Notes under the pieces: model-generated
The model's database searches: none
Told to the model about the DNA's origin: nothing
What the model saw: only the letters and a program-made list of their open reading frames with translations
NCBI GenBank assembly: GCA_046496795.1
Contig: JAWOGM010000054.1
Coordinates: 558-64,557, forward strand
Origin: Thermoplasmatota archaeon
Lineage (GTDB): Archaea; Thermoplasmatota; E2; DHVEG-1
DNA length: 64,000 nucleotides
Reading direction: 5' to 3'
Program-made: the position numbers and the translations under genes
Shown here: positions 40,882 through 50,720 of the stretch, piece by piece
How positions within the stretch are numbered: position 1 is the stretch's first letter
Layout: each line of letters begins with the position of its first letter

Positions 40882-43800
40882 ATGAATAATTCTTGTTTAA
40901 ATAAATACCTAAAGGCTAGTATTCTCATAGGCAGCTTAATAATATTGATTTTTATGTTGAATTCAGCACAAGCAACAGAAATTGAAATGGATTTTTCATT
41001 TGAAGAACCTGATATAACCGAACTTACAATATCAGATGAAACATATCATGATGTTAAGATTGATGGTTTGAAAACAACAGGTGACACTGGTTTACCTTTG
41101 TTGCCGGTAAAAACAGTTAAAATTCTTCTACCACAAAGAGGAGTTTTGGAGTCGATAGATGTAGTTTTAGATGGTAATACATCAATGGGCCAGAATTATA
41201 ATGTTACACTTGGGAAAGAATCTGTTAATTTGTCTGGTGGGCAAAACGGGTCAAATGAGTCATATTTTAATGAATCAATACCATATCCAACGACTTCTTA
41301 TGATAAAATTGGTGTTTTTCATTTCAGGGGGCATTCCTTTTTGATAATTAATCTTCATCCATGTTATTACATTGGTGAAACCGGGGAGATATATTACTAT
41401 GAAAATATTTCTCTTACAGTAACAACAAATGAAGTGGGTAATGTTAGTAAATTTTTTAGAAATACAACAACTGATGAAGAATTGATAAAGGAGAAGGTAG
41501 ATAATTATGATTGTATATCCAGTTATGATACTAAGGTGGGTTTTTCAAAAAACTCAGATCTCGTTGATCCTCAAGATTCTTATGATTATGTCATTATAAC
41601 AAAAAAGAAGTTTAAAAATGCTATTTGTCCACAGGGTTTCAGATTCTGGTATACGTTTCAGGATTTAGCAGATTATAAAAATAGTACAGGTACACAAACA
41701 ATAGTTGTAGCTCTTGAGGACATTTTAAATGAACCTGAATATCATTGGGATGGTGAATTTGGCGATGGTTTAAATGAAAGTATTTTTAATGACACGCAAT
41801 GTCATATCAGAAATTTTATTAAGGATGCATTTCAAAATTGGGGTATTGAATACGTTCTTATTGGAGGAGATCATAATAATACTTTAACTGATTGTGATAT
41901 CGTTCCAGCAAGATTCTTTAAATATACAGAAATTCATATCTCAAAACCTTCTGACATTTATTATTCATGTCTTGACGGCAATTATAATATGGATTCTGAT
42001 GGAGATTTTGGAGAAAAGGGCGATGGAGGTTTTGGTAATGGAGATAACTGGGAGCCAAAATTAGGTTCTGGATATTGTTATGCAGAGGCAGATTCAAGCC
42101 AATATGGAGGTGGGTTTGATGTTGGCTTATTTTCAAAAGAATTAGATATGTCCAATTTTTCTAATGTGTATTTAAATTTTACATGGAGCTTCCGTTCTAA
42201 TTATAACGCCCATATAGAAGTTAATGTTTATTCCGGGGGAAATGATTCTGAAAACAAAGAAGTAACTCTGTGGGAAAAGAGTACTGGTTCTGAAATTCCT
42301 GATCCTATGGTATTGAATTTTAATCCTAGTATATATACTGATCCATCTGAAGTTTATATTGAATTTAATTATACAGATAGTGGTAGTTCCAGTTCAGATT
42401 CAATGAATATCGATGATATAAAAATAACCGGTTTTGATGGCACTAATTGGACGGTGATTTTAAATGAGAGTTTCGAAGGAGACCCTTTTCCTCCGGATGG
42501 TTGGGATCAAAAAAAATATAGTGGAGAAAAAGAATGGGCAATTGAATATTATCAAATCTATCCTGATTTATTTGCAGAAGTTTATATCGGGCGGGCAAGT
42601 GTTGGTAATAGGTTTGAAGTAAACAATTTTGTAACAAAAACACTATCTTATCAAAAAGCGGATGCTCATGATCCATATATTAATAAAACATTGTTACTTG
42701 GTGCAAGGTTAAATAAAAAAACTTGGGGTGGTGATTATAAGGATGAAATCGTAGATAAATGTGATAACGTCTTCAATTCGACAGGTATTCCAAGTGAAAA
42801 TTATACCATTGATAAATTATATGATCGTGATTTATCTCCTGATTATTGGCCTAAAAAGGAGCTAAGACGTAGACTTAATAATGGAGTTAATATAATAAAT
42901 TATATGGGTCATGGAGATTGGGATGGAATTGGTACAAAAGATTATGATGGTGACTTTTCATGGATAGATAAATTTAATATTGCAGATGTTTGTTTACTTC
43001 ATAATAATAAATATTTCTTTATGTATTCTATGGGTTGTTTAAATGGTAAATTTCATTGTTGGTCATCACTTCCTATATTCAATATTACACAATGTGACAG
43101 TTTTGCTGAGTTCCTTACTGTTAGAACAAAGCATGGTGCATATGCGACTATTATGAATACAGGCTCTGGAACATTTATTCCAAGCTCGACCAACTCTTCA
43201 TCCCAATATTTTGATAGGTTTTTTTTCAATGCAACATTTGGAGGTGCTGAAATAAAAGAATTAGGTAGAGCAAATCAGGAATCAAAAGAAAACACCTTAC
43301 CTCTAATATACGATTTAAATGTTTTTTATGGTTTAACTCTTTTTGGTGATCCTCAGATTTCTCTAAAAATTCCAGTTGAAAATAATCCCCCAAATAAACC
43401 TGATACACCGACAGGATATGAAGATCCTGATCATAAATTATTCTGGACTTATTATACTAGTACAACTGATCCAGAAGGAGATCAGCTTTATTATAAATGG
43501 GAATGGGATGATGTTGAAGGTTTGGTATGGTGGATTCCATTTTTACCTTATGATTCAGGTGATACTGCTAGTATGATACGTCCATGGTTAATTCCAGGGA
43601 CTCATAAAGTTAGAGTTAAAGCTATGGATATTTATGGTGCAGAAAGTAATTGGTCTGATCCTTATTACATGTCTGTATCATTTGATCTTAATATGCAAAT
43701 AAACCCTAATCCTGCTGTTGTTGGTGAGACAATTGATTTCAATGCAGAATCAGAATATGGTGAAACATATACCTGGGATTTTGGAGGAAGCAAAGGAATA

Positions 43801-46800
43801 AAATATGGTGCCCAAGTAACTGAAGATTATGATTCTGTCGGTGAATATGAGGTTATCCTAAATGTAACAGGTAGTGAAAACATTACATCAAATGCAACAG
43901 AATCTGTTGAAATTGTATTGTTACGATCTGAAATTGGTTGTTCATCCAATCATGCAGCACCAGACGAAACTATTTACTTTACAAACCTTTCAAAAGGATA
44001 TTATGAAATCAAGGAATGGGAATGGGAATTTGGTGATGGTAATGGATCAACAGATGAGAATCCAAACCACTCTTTTACATCTTCAGGTGTATATAATGTT
44101 ACCTTAAACGTAACAGATGATGAATATAATACAGATGAATTTACTGTGGTCATATATGTAGATACTGTACCCCCGGAAATATCAAATGTTTCCCATTCAT
44201 CTGAGATTATTGGCTATGGGACAAATATCACAATTTCTGCTCATGTCACAGATGATATAAGCGGCATTCAATTGGTTTGTGTCAATATCACCTGTCCTGA
44301 TGACAATAGTGAAAATTATACCATGAACCTTACAAATGATGATAATTACGAATGCACATTTACAAACACTTGGGATCTTGGCATATATAACTATACTATT
44401 TGGGCGATGGATAATGCAAACAACACCAATTCATCATCAGGGCATAGTTTCTCAGTTTCCAGATCGTTTGGTTATACAGAAATTGGGGCCTCAAATCAAA
44501 CCATATGGGATACAATAACTGGATCAACGTTTATGGTCAATGAAAAATGTGTTGCAGATAACCTAACAGTATATATTAACCCGGGTGATGCTACATATGA
44601 TTCACATTATCAGTGTATGATATATGATTATGATGACTCTGAGCTAGTTGGTATTTCTGATGAATTGAATGTTACCTCTGGAGAAGATTGGGTGGTATTT
44701 CCGTTTTCTGAGCCGAAACCTGTGATGATACTTGGGGTTAATTATACCTTGCAATGTTGGAGTGATAATGAAACATTAGCGATGTATTATGTCAATGGAA
44801 CTGGTTATGGTCAGGGGCAGTATTTTGAAGGAATATATGGATATGTTCCTGAAGATATATTGTTTGAATATGAAGATAGGAGATATTCAATTTATTGTAG
44901 CTATTCAAATGATACAATTCCACCAACTATCTCTGATGTAACTGATGACCCAAATACCTGTGGTTTTGGGCAGACAGTAAATATTACAGCAGAAATCAAC
45001 GGCACGATAAGCGGTGTTGATAATGCAACTGTAAATATCACATATCCAGATGAAACATTACATGTTTTTACAATGGACAATACTGAAAATGATATTTATC
45101 AATGCAGTTTCACAGCTACTTGGTTAGTTGACCAATATAACTATTCAATCTGGGCAATAGATGCCTATGGAAATCAAAATACCAGCACGGGTTATAGTTT
45201 TACTGTTTCTTCAAATGCAACAATTGGTGTTTGCACAATCAAGAATATTTATGGTGCCAATGAGTCTATTAATATAACTGATCCGCCCGTAGGTTCACCA
45301 TTTATTGGTTATGAATTACTAGATAATGACAGCGTTCTTCACATCTGGAACAAGTATGATAGTTATTATTTCAACACAAGCAGTGGGTTGCAGCTTACCA
45401 ATAATTATGATGAGTACTGGTCTCATAATGTGTTAATGCTAGGTTACTACAATAATGACCAATGGAATCTTATGTATCGTACTGATGAGCTCAGTGGATT
45501 TACAAAGAGTATTGATTCAGATAATGATACGTTTGTGAATGCTACACTCTGGAAGGATCTAACCTATGGTGGTTATGCCTTCCGACTGGCAATAAGATAT
45601 CATCTAGGTGTGGATGATAATGAGCTTACAATAATTCCGTACATTAAGAATATCGATGATGAAGATATTCCATATGTGTTGGGTTTTGGCTGGGAATTAC
45701 AGGATATTCAAATTGATATGACAGAGACAGGAGACTATATCCAACTGGGTAATGAAAATTATTATCTTAATCAAAGTCTTGATAACAGCTATACGAATCT
45801 TTCTGATCCTATCTATTGTTTCAATGAGGTGACTAATGAAACTGAGATCTGTGGTTATTCCGATCCAGCATTTTATCTCATGGAGAACATCACAGAGACA
45901 ACTACTGAATCATTGTATCTTCGTTGGGATAAAGATCTTACATATAAACTAGAGGTAAAGTCAAGAGCGGGGCAGTATAATGCGCCCGTAACCTTGTTTG
46001 TCAGAATTGGAACATTAAATAATGGTCAGGAGAAATCTACGGATATGTTTTGGTATGATGCTGATCAATATACTTATTATTTCGACAGCTATGATACAAA
46101 ACTCGATGCATGGGAAACAAATCCTAGTAACATGGTTGATGGAAGTACATCGACATTCGCAAGTACAGACATTAGGGATGATTCTGAATATTGTGATAGT
46201 ACATCATTTGGATATGGCGGTGCACCTTCAGGTACGGTCTCTAAAGTTGAGATAAGGGCATATGGTAAATATGAAGAAATTGGTGGCTCTATCAACATAA
46301 AACCAACTTTCAACGGTGGAAACGGTGATAATCATTACTTTTCCCTCCCCGGTTCAGCAGGTTGGTCATCCTGGTTTGATATTACAGATGATACCAATGC
46401 ACCTGAACCATGGACCTGGAGTGATGTTGAAAGTCTTGATTGCTCTATTATTGTATGTGATATCAGACAAGGGGATACATTTTATTGCCATAAAGTTGAG
46501 ATTCGTGTGACAAATAATGAAGCTCCTGTTGATAATAATCCAGCGCCTGCTGATGATAGTATTAATGTTTCAATATCTCCGACTTTGAGCATTAATGTCT
46601 CAGATGCTGAAGGTGATTCTATGAATATTACTTGGTATAGTAATAGCAGTGGTTCTTGGACGTCATTTGGAACTAATAACAGTGTAGGTAATGGTACATA
46701 TTACCAGTCGTTTAGTAATGCTTCTGTGAACGGTCAATGGTGGTACTGGAAGGTTAATGTTTCCGATGGCTCCAACACTTTAGAAAGCAGTGTCTATAAG

Positions 46801-47136
46801 TTCTATACTGGTGTTCAATCAAAGATCTTTAATACTGGTTCCACAAATATTTCTGGTTATTTGTTGATACAAGTTGAATTTTTTAGCGGAACTCAGTTAA
46901 TATGGGTGTTGGATAATGATACAATCAATGAAACCACTCCAAGGACAATAAATGTTGGTGAGCAACTTGCTTTAGATCTGATATTCAACGGTGAAATCAG
47001 TACTGATGATCTTACGCATGGTGATGGAACGTATCGTGTGTATGCAGCATTCCGTGATCCTGATGGCGACGTACTAATATGTGATGATGAAACTTTGCTT
47101 GCAGCTTGGTATGAGTTTGAGGTAGACACCAGCTAA
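40882..47136 (+). CDS. Giant secreted C25 gingipain-like peptidase with PKD/Ig repeats and unknown C-terminal domains (~2085 aa)
   Basis: Signal peptide, GLPLLP propeptide, SDIYYSCLDG, YIGRA, catalytic YMGHG and SMGC, LFGDP, PKD motif WEFGDG, many NxS/T sequons. Confidence 0.88.
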   Translation: MNNSCLNKYLKASILIGSLIILIFMLNSAQATEIEMDFSFEEPDITELTISDETYHDVKIDGLKTTGDTGLPLLPVKTVKILLPQRGVLESIDVVLDGNTSMGQNYNVTLGKESVNLSGGQNGSNESYFNESIPYPTTSYDKIGVFHFRGHSFLIINLHPCYYIGETGEIYYYENISLTVTTNEVGNVSKFFRNTTTDEELIKEKVDNYDCISSYDTKVGFSKNSDLVDPQDSYDYVIITKKKFKNAICPQGFRFWYTFQDLADYKNSTGTQTIVVALEDILNEPEYHWDGEFGDGLNESIFNDTQCHIRNFIKDAFQNWGIEYVLIGGDHNNTLTDCDIVPARFFKYTEIHISKPSDIYYSCLDGNYNMDSDGDFGEKGDGGFGNGDNWEPKLGSGYCYAEADSSQYGGGFDVGLFSKELDMSNFSNVYLNFTWSFRSNYNAHIEVNVYSGGNDSENKEVTLWEKSTGSEIPDPMVLNFNPSIYTDPSEVYIEFNYTDSGSSSSDSMNIDDIKITGFDGTNWTVILNESFEGDPFPPDGWDQKKYSGEKEWAIEYYQIYPDLFAEVYIGRASVGNRFEVNNFVTKTLSYQKADAHDPYINKTLLLGARLNKKTWGGDYKDEIVDKCDNVFNSTGIPSENYTIDKLYDRDLSPDYWPKKELRRRLNNGVNIINYMGHGDWDGIGTKDYDGDFSWIDKFNIADVCLLHNNKYFFMYSMGCLNGKFHCWSSLPIFNITQCDSFAEFLTVRTKHGAYATIMNTGSGTFIPSSTNSSSQYFDRFFFNATFGGAEIKELGRANQESKENTLPLIYDLNVFYGLTLFGDPQISLKIPVENNPPNKPDTPTGYEDPDHKLFWTYYTSTTDPEGDQLYYKWEWDDVEGLVWWIPFLPYDSGDTASMIRPWLIPGTHKVRVKAMDIYGAESNWSDPYYMSVSFDLNMQINPNPAVVGETIDFNAESEYGETYTWDFGGSKGIKYGAQVTEDYDSVGEYEVILNVTGSENITSNATESVEIVLLRSEIGCSSNHAAPDETIYFTNLSKGYYEIKEWEWEFGDGNGSTDENPNHSFTSSGVYNVTLNVTDDEYNTDEFTVVIYVDTVPPEISNVSHSSEIIGYGTNITISAHVTDDISGIQLVCVNITCPDDNSENYTMNLTNDDNYECTFTNTWDLGIYNYTIWAMDNANNTNSSSGHSFSVSRSFGYTEIGASNQTIWDTITGSTFMVNEKCVADNLTVYINPGDATYDSHYQCMIYDYDDSELVGISDELNVTSGEDWVVFPFSEPKPVMILGVNYTLQCWSDNETLAMYYVNGTGYGQGQYFEGIYGYVPEDILFEYEDRRYSIYCSYSNDTIPPTISDVTDDPNTCGFGQTVNITAEINGTISGVDNATVNITYPDETLHVFTMDNTENDIYQCSFTATWLVDQYNYSIWAIDAYGNQNTSTGYSFTVSSNATIGVCTIKNIYGANESINITDPPVGSPFIGYELLDNDSVLHIWNKYDSYYFNTSSGLQLTNNYDEYWSHNVLMLGYYNNDQWNLMYRTDELSGFTKSIDSDNDTFVNATLWKDLTYGGYAFRLAIRYHLGVDDNELTIIPYIKNIDDEDIPYVLGFGWELQDIQIDMTETGDYIQLGNENYYLNQSLDNSYTNLSDPIYCFNEVTNETEICGYSDPAFYLMENITETTTESLYLRWDKDLTYKLEVKSRAGQYNAPVTLFVRIGTLNNGQEKSTDMFWYDADQYTYYFDSYDTKLDAWETNPSNMVDGSTSTFASTDIRDDSEYCDSTSFGYGGAPSGTVSKVEIRAYGKYEEIGGSINIKPTFNGGNGDNHYFSLPGSAGWSSWFDITDDTNAPEPWTWSDVESLDCSIIVCDIRQGDTFYCHKVEIRVTNNEAPVDNNPAPADDSINVSISPTLSINVSDAEGDSMNITWYSNSSGSWTSFGTNNSVGNGTYYQSFSNASVNGQWWYWKVNVSDGSNTLESSVYKFYTGVQSKIFNTGSTNISGYLLIQVEFFSGTQLIWVLDNDTINETTPRTINVGEQLALDLIFNGEISTDDLTHGDGTYRVYAAFRDPDGDVLICDDETLLAAWYEFEVDTS

Positions 47137-47183
47137 AACAACATACTTTCTGTAAAGTAGGTCAGACAATTTGGCCTGATTTT

Positions 47184-47372
47184 TCAATATTTTCCTGATT
47201 CAACTTGTTCTTTAAGTAAAAGAAGAGCCTGTTCTACAATATCAGATACAGATCTGAATCTTTTGTTATCTACAGCTGAACCAGTATTTTCTTGTACCCA
47301 TTTTAAAAGAGTTGGATGTATGGTGACGGAAAGTCTTTCTCGTTTTGGTTCTGTTTTCTTTGGTCTTGCCAT
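47184..47372 (-). CDS. RHH/CopG-like transcription regulator
   Basis: MARPK...RERLSVTIHPTLLKWV...FRSVSDIVEQAL. Confidence 0.75.
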   Translation of the reverse strand: MARPKKTEPKRERLSVTIHPTLLKWVQENTGSAVDNKRFRSVSDIVEQALLLLKEQVESGKY

Positions 47373-47447
47373 AATTACATATGAATACACACCGAAACTT
47401 ATAAATATTACTATGCATATTTCATATTATTACATATAATTACATAT
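47373..47447. promoter_or_regulatory. Divergent RHH/integrase promoter region with three WATTACATAT repeats
   Basis: AATTACATAT 47373-47382, TATTACATAT 47428-47437, AATTACATAT 47438-47447. Confidence 0.55.
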
Positions 47448-47631
47448 CTTAATTAACGGTGCATGAAAGTTGAAGATCATCCAAGAAAACCTAATTAACC
47501 ATTCAACCAATCCATTTACAACCAATTCACATGAATTGGAAGGAGGCAATAATCAAGAATGGAAACAAAATATAGAAAACATAGGCCAGAAATATGTCAA
47601 ACAACCAAATCCCCAATTGGACGGGGAGGAG

Positions 47632-48762
47632 ATGAATGACCGTGGCTATGTAAGACAAAAATTTGATGTTGAAAAATTTAAAAACCCATATATCTTAGAT
47701 CCATCCGAATACAAAACACAACAGGAATTATTCAATGCAATAAAATACTGGTGGGTATTCAAAAGACGGAAAAATGAAAACACGGTAAAGAAACGAATAC
47801 CAATGGCAAAAAGAATGAGCAAACATCCAGTATTCCCAATTAATTGGAAGGAACTAAACCCTAATCAAATCATAGCATATCTAGAGTACAGAGAATACAA
47901 AGAAGGTGCTGGAAAGAACGCGATACGAAACGAATGGGACACACTCAACATGTTTGCAAAGGCATTTGGTATAAACACAGAAACATGGGGATACACACCG
48001 CCAAGTAAACCACCGGCAAAAGTCAAAATAATACCACTACCAAACACAACACACAGTATCATACATTACAGATACTCAAAAGACAAATACACAAATGCAC
48101 TCTTTCAGTACATACTAATGCACGGCTTTGTTATTGGATGGCGACCAAGTGAAATAGTAATCCAGAAAGTACGCGATGTAAACATCGATGATGGCTACAT
48201 GATCATAACTGAGACAAAGAAACACAATCAACTAAGACAGATATTTCCAGAAAAAGACTTAATGATCAATCCAAGACGAAAATGTTTGAAAAACTGGATT
48301 GACAAATGGAGACCCAAGGTCGAAAACCAATACAGTAAAGACTTTTTGTATCTGCAACCAAACGGTAAACCATACACAGTAGATTACTTACGAAAGAAAC
48401 TCTCACCTCTCGTAAAAGAGGCATGGAGACCTTTCAGCCTATACACAATGAGACACTGGTGTGCAACAGCAAGACTTATCAAAAGCAAGACAGAGACAAA
48501 GAAATGGGACATATGGGAAGTTAAAGATTGGATGGGGCATGACAAAATTGACACAACCGAAGATTACGTGAAATATGCGAAAAAATACCATCGAAACGCA
48601 CCGTATGATTGGATTAAGTCCGTCCTCAAATTTCATGACAATTTGGAAGTGGAAAATGGGCTAAAATCAATAAACGGCAAAAAAACCTACGTTTCGAGTG
48701 GAAACAACAGGAGTGGTGAGTTACGGACGTGGCGGGATTCGAACCCGCGATTACCGACTTAG
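47632..48762 (+). CDS. int: Tyrosine recombinase/integrase
   Basis: GWRPSE (R), ETKK (K), YTMRH (Y-x-x-R), MGH, TEDYV (Y). The 3' end overlaps att and the antisense strand of tRNA-Arg. Start uncertain (TTG 47470 or ATG 47632). Confidence 0.9.
   Translation: MNDRGYVRQKFDVEKFKNPYILDPSEYKTQQELFNAIKYWWVFKRRKNENTVKKRIPMAKRMSKHPVFPINWKELNPNQIIAYLEYREYKEGAGKNAIRNEWDTLNMFAKAFGINTETWGYTPPSKPPAKVKIIPLPNTTHSIIHYRYSKDKYTNALFQYILMHGFVIGWRPSEIVIQKVRDVNIDDGYMIITETKKHNQLRQIFPEKDLMINPRRKCLKNWIDKWRPKVENQYSKDFLYLQPNGKPYTVDYLRKKLSPLVKEAWRPFSLYTMRHWCATARLIKSKTETKKWDIWEVKDWMGHDKIDTTEDYVKYAKKYHRNAPYDWIKSVLKFHDNLEVENGLKSINGKKTYVSSGNNRSGELRTWRDSNPRLPT
48721..48735. repeat. attR overlapping the tRNA-Arg 3' end
   Basis: Identical to 39663-39677. 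Confidence 0.85.
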
Positions 48763-48798
48763 AAGGCCGGTGCCTTATCCAGGCTAGGCCACACGCCC
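48724..48798 (-). tRNA. tRNA-Arg(TCT)
   Basis: GGGCGTG/CACGTCC acceptor stem, CCGGC-CTTCTAA-GTCGG anticodon arm, GCGGG-TTCGAAT-CCCGC T arm. Confidence 0.95.
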
Positions 48799-48803
48799 AT
48801 AAA

Positions 48804-48891
48804 CGCTGAGGAGGAGATTTGAACTCCTGATCCCCTTTCGGAGAACCGGCTTTCAAGGCCGGCGCGGTAGGCCAGGCTTTGCTACCTCAGC
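48804..48891 (-). tRNA. tRNA-Ser(TGA)
   Basis: GCTGAGG/CCTCAGC acceptor stem, CCGGC-CTTGAAA-GCCGG anticodon arm, long variable arm. Confidence 0.95.
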
Positions 48892-48945
48892 ATATTATTA
48901 AATAGTATTGTAAAAAGAGTATCATAAATTCTTATAAAAAGAATT

Positions 48946-49260
48946 TTATGATTTTAACACAATTTCGATATGAACACCATCAGGAACCTGAATGCGCATC
49001 AACTGCCGAAGAGCTCTATCACTAGCATCAAGATCAATAAGTCGTTTATGAATTCTCATCTCCCAACGATCCCATGTCTCAGTGCCCTCTCCATCTGGAG
49101 ATTTTCTACAGGGAACTTTTAAATGTTTTGTTGGTAAAGGAACTGGTCCGCGTAAGGCAACACCAGTTCTTTCTGCAATCATTTTAATTTGAGTGCAAAC
49201 GTCTTCTAGTTTTTTTGACTCCGTGCTTGTAAGCGATATTCTTGCTTTCTGCGCTGGCAT
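48946..49260 (-). CDS. rpsJ: 30S ribosomal protein S10 (uS10)
   Basis: [26 protein letters not shown]. Confidence 0.97.
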   Translation of the reverse strand: MPAQKARISLTSTESKKLEDVCTQIKMIAERTGVALRGPVPLPTKHLKVPCRKSPDGEGTETWDRWEMRIHKRLIDLDASDRALRQLMRIQVPDGVHIEIVLKS

Positions 49261-49313
49261 CCTATAAGGCTCCTATTTTTTCTCATATTTTGTAATAAAA
49301 AAAGAGGAGAAGC

Positions 49314-50597
49314 TTATTTAGCTTCCTCAACTTCTAAACAAACACCAGCAGCCACAGTTTGTCCCATATCTCGAATAGCGAATCTTCCAAGTTGTGGAAT
49401 CTTTTTGGATGATTCAATAACCATCGGTCGCGTTGGAATAATTTTTACAATTGCTGCATCACCTGTTTTAATGAAGTCAGGGTTTTCCTCTTTCACTTGT
49501 CCAGTTCTTGGATCAAGTTTCTTTTGTATTTCTTCGAATCTGCATGCCACCTGTGCTGTATAACAATGGAAGACGGGCGTGTATCCTTTTGTTATTACAG
49601 AAGGATGGTTAAGAACCATAATCTGTGCAATAAATGATTTTGCAACAGTTGGGGGGTTATCAGCTGGTCCTGCGACATCTCCCCGACGAATCTCATTTTT
49701 GTTGATGCCTCTCATATTAACACCGACATTATCTCCAGGCTCTGCTTGGTTAATTTGCTCGTGATGCATTTCAATAGTTTTAACTTCTCCCGTTGCTCCA
49801 CCAGGTTTTGCACTGGGTTTAAAGATAAGTTGTTGACCAGGTTTCATAATCCCTGTTTCAATCTTACCGACAGGAACAGTCCCAACTCCCTTAATAGTAT
49901 AGACATCTTGAAGTGGCCATCGAAGTGGTAAGTCAGTTGGTTTTTTTGATAATTGGAAGTTATCAATAGCTTTGAGAATTGTATCTCCCGTCCACCATTC
50001 AATATTTCCTTTATCTTTGACATTATCGCCTTTAAATGCCGATACAGGTATTATTTGTAGCTGTTCATCTTTGTAACCCACGCTTTTTGCAAGTTTAGTT
50101 ATCTCTGATTTTACCTCTTCAAATCGTGCTTTGTCATATGGTGGTTTTGTATCATCCATTTTATTGACGGCGATAATCATCTGTTTAACGCCAAGTGTTC
50201 GTGCAAGAAACATATGTTCCTTTGTCTGAGCCATAATACCTTCAGGACCTGCAACAACAAGAATTGCAGCATCTGCCTGCGATGTCCCTGTGATCATATT
50301 TTTAACAAAATCTCTGTGTCCAGGAGCGTCGATGATAGTAATATAGTACTTATCTGTATTAAATCGCTTATGAGCAACATCAATAGTAACTCCACGCTCT
50401 CGTTCTTCTTTTAAATTATCAAAAATCCATGCGATAGCAAAACTTTCTTTTCCTTTTGCTTTTGCTTCTTCCTTAAATTTATCGAGCATGTGCTGAGGGA
50501 ACTGCCCGGTCTGAAGCAATACTTGTCCAACTAAGGTTGATTTCCCATGATCGACATGACCGATAACTACCATGTTCATGTGTGGTTTATCTGCCAT
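49314..50597 (-). CDS. tuf: Translation elongation factor EF-1alpha
   Basis: [39 protein letters not shown]. Confidence 0.98.
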   Translation of the reverse strand: MADKPHMNMVVIGHVDHGKSTLVGQVLLQTGQFPQHMLDKFKEEAKAKGKESFAIAWIFDNLKEERERGVTIDVAHKRFNTDKYYITIIDAPGHRDFVKNMITGTSQADAAILVVAGPEGIMAQTKEHMFLARTLGVKQMIIAVNKMDDTKPPYDKARFEEVKSEITKLAKSVGYKDEQLQIIPVSAFKGDNVKDKGNIEWWTGDTILKAIDNFQLSKKPTDLPLRWPLQDVYTIKGVGTVPVGKIETGIMKPGQQLIFKPSAKPGGATGEVKTIEMHHEQINQAEPGDNVGVNMRGINKNEIRRGDVAGPADNPPTVAKSFIAQIMVLNHPSVITKGYTPVFHCYTAQVACRFEEIQKKLDPRTGQVKEENPDFIKTGDAAIVKIIPTRPMVIESSKKIPQLGRFAIRDMGQTVAAGVCLEVEEAK

Positions 50598-50720
50598 AAT
50601 TTTACCTCCATTAACTACATTTCAATTCAGTATTTATCTTTTTCCTATTCTTTAAGGTTTGGTAGCGTATACTCTTCTTATTTATAAGATTTACCTAGAG
50701 AGAAAATATCATGAGTTTTA

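Larger units (their letters stand above)
39663..48735. mobile_element. tRNA-Arg-integrated element (~9.07 kb)
   Basis: 15-bp direct repeat at both ends, one inside the tRNA-Arg 3' end; tyrosine integrase running into the tRNA. Confidence 0.85.

Noticed and set aside
40701..40928. N-terminal extensions of ORFs 40170..40928 and 40825..47136
   Set aside because: They overlap each other across an AT-rich divergent promoter. RBS and signal peptides point to ATG 40700 and ATG 40882.
47559..47639. 26-codon upstream ORF overlapping the integrase ATG
   Set aside because: RBS spacing (12 nt) is atypical and the integrase start is itself uncertain; cannot be supported.
48626..48856. 76-aa minus-strand ORF
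   Set aside because: It is a translation of the tRNA-Ser and tRNA-Arg genes.
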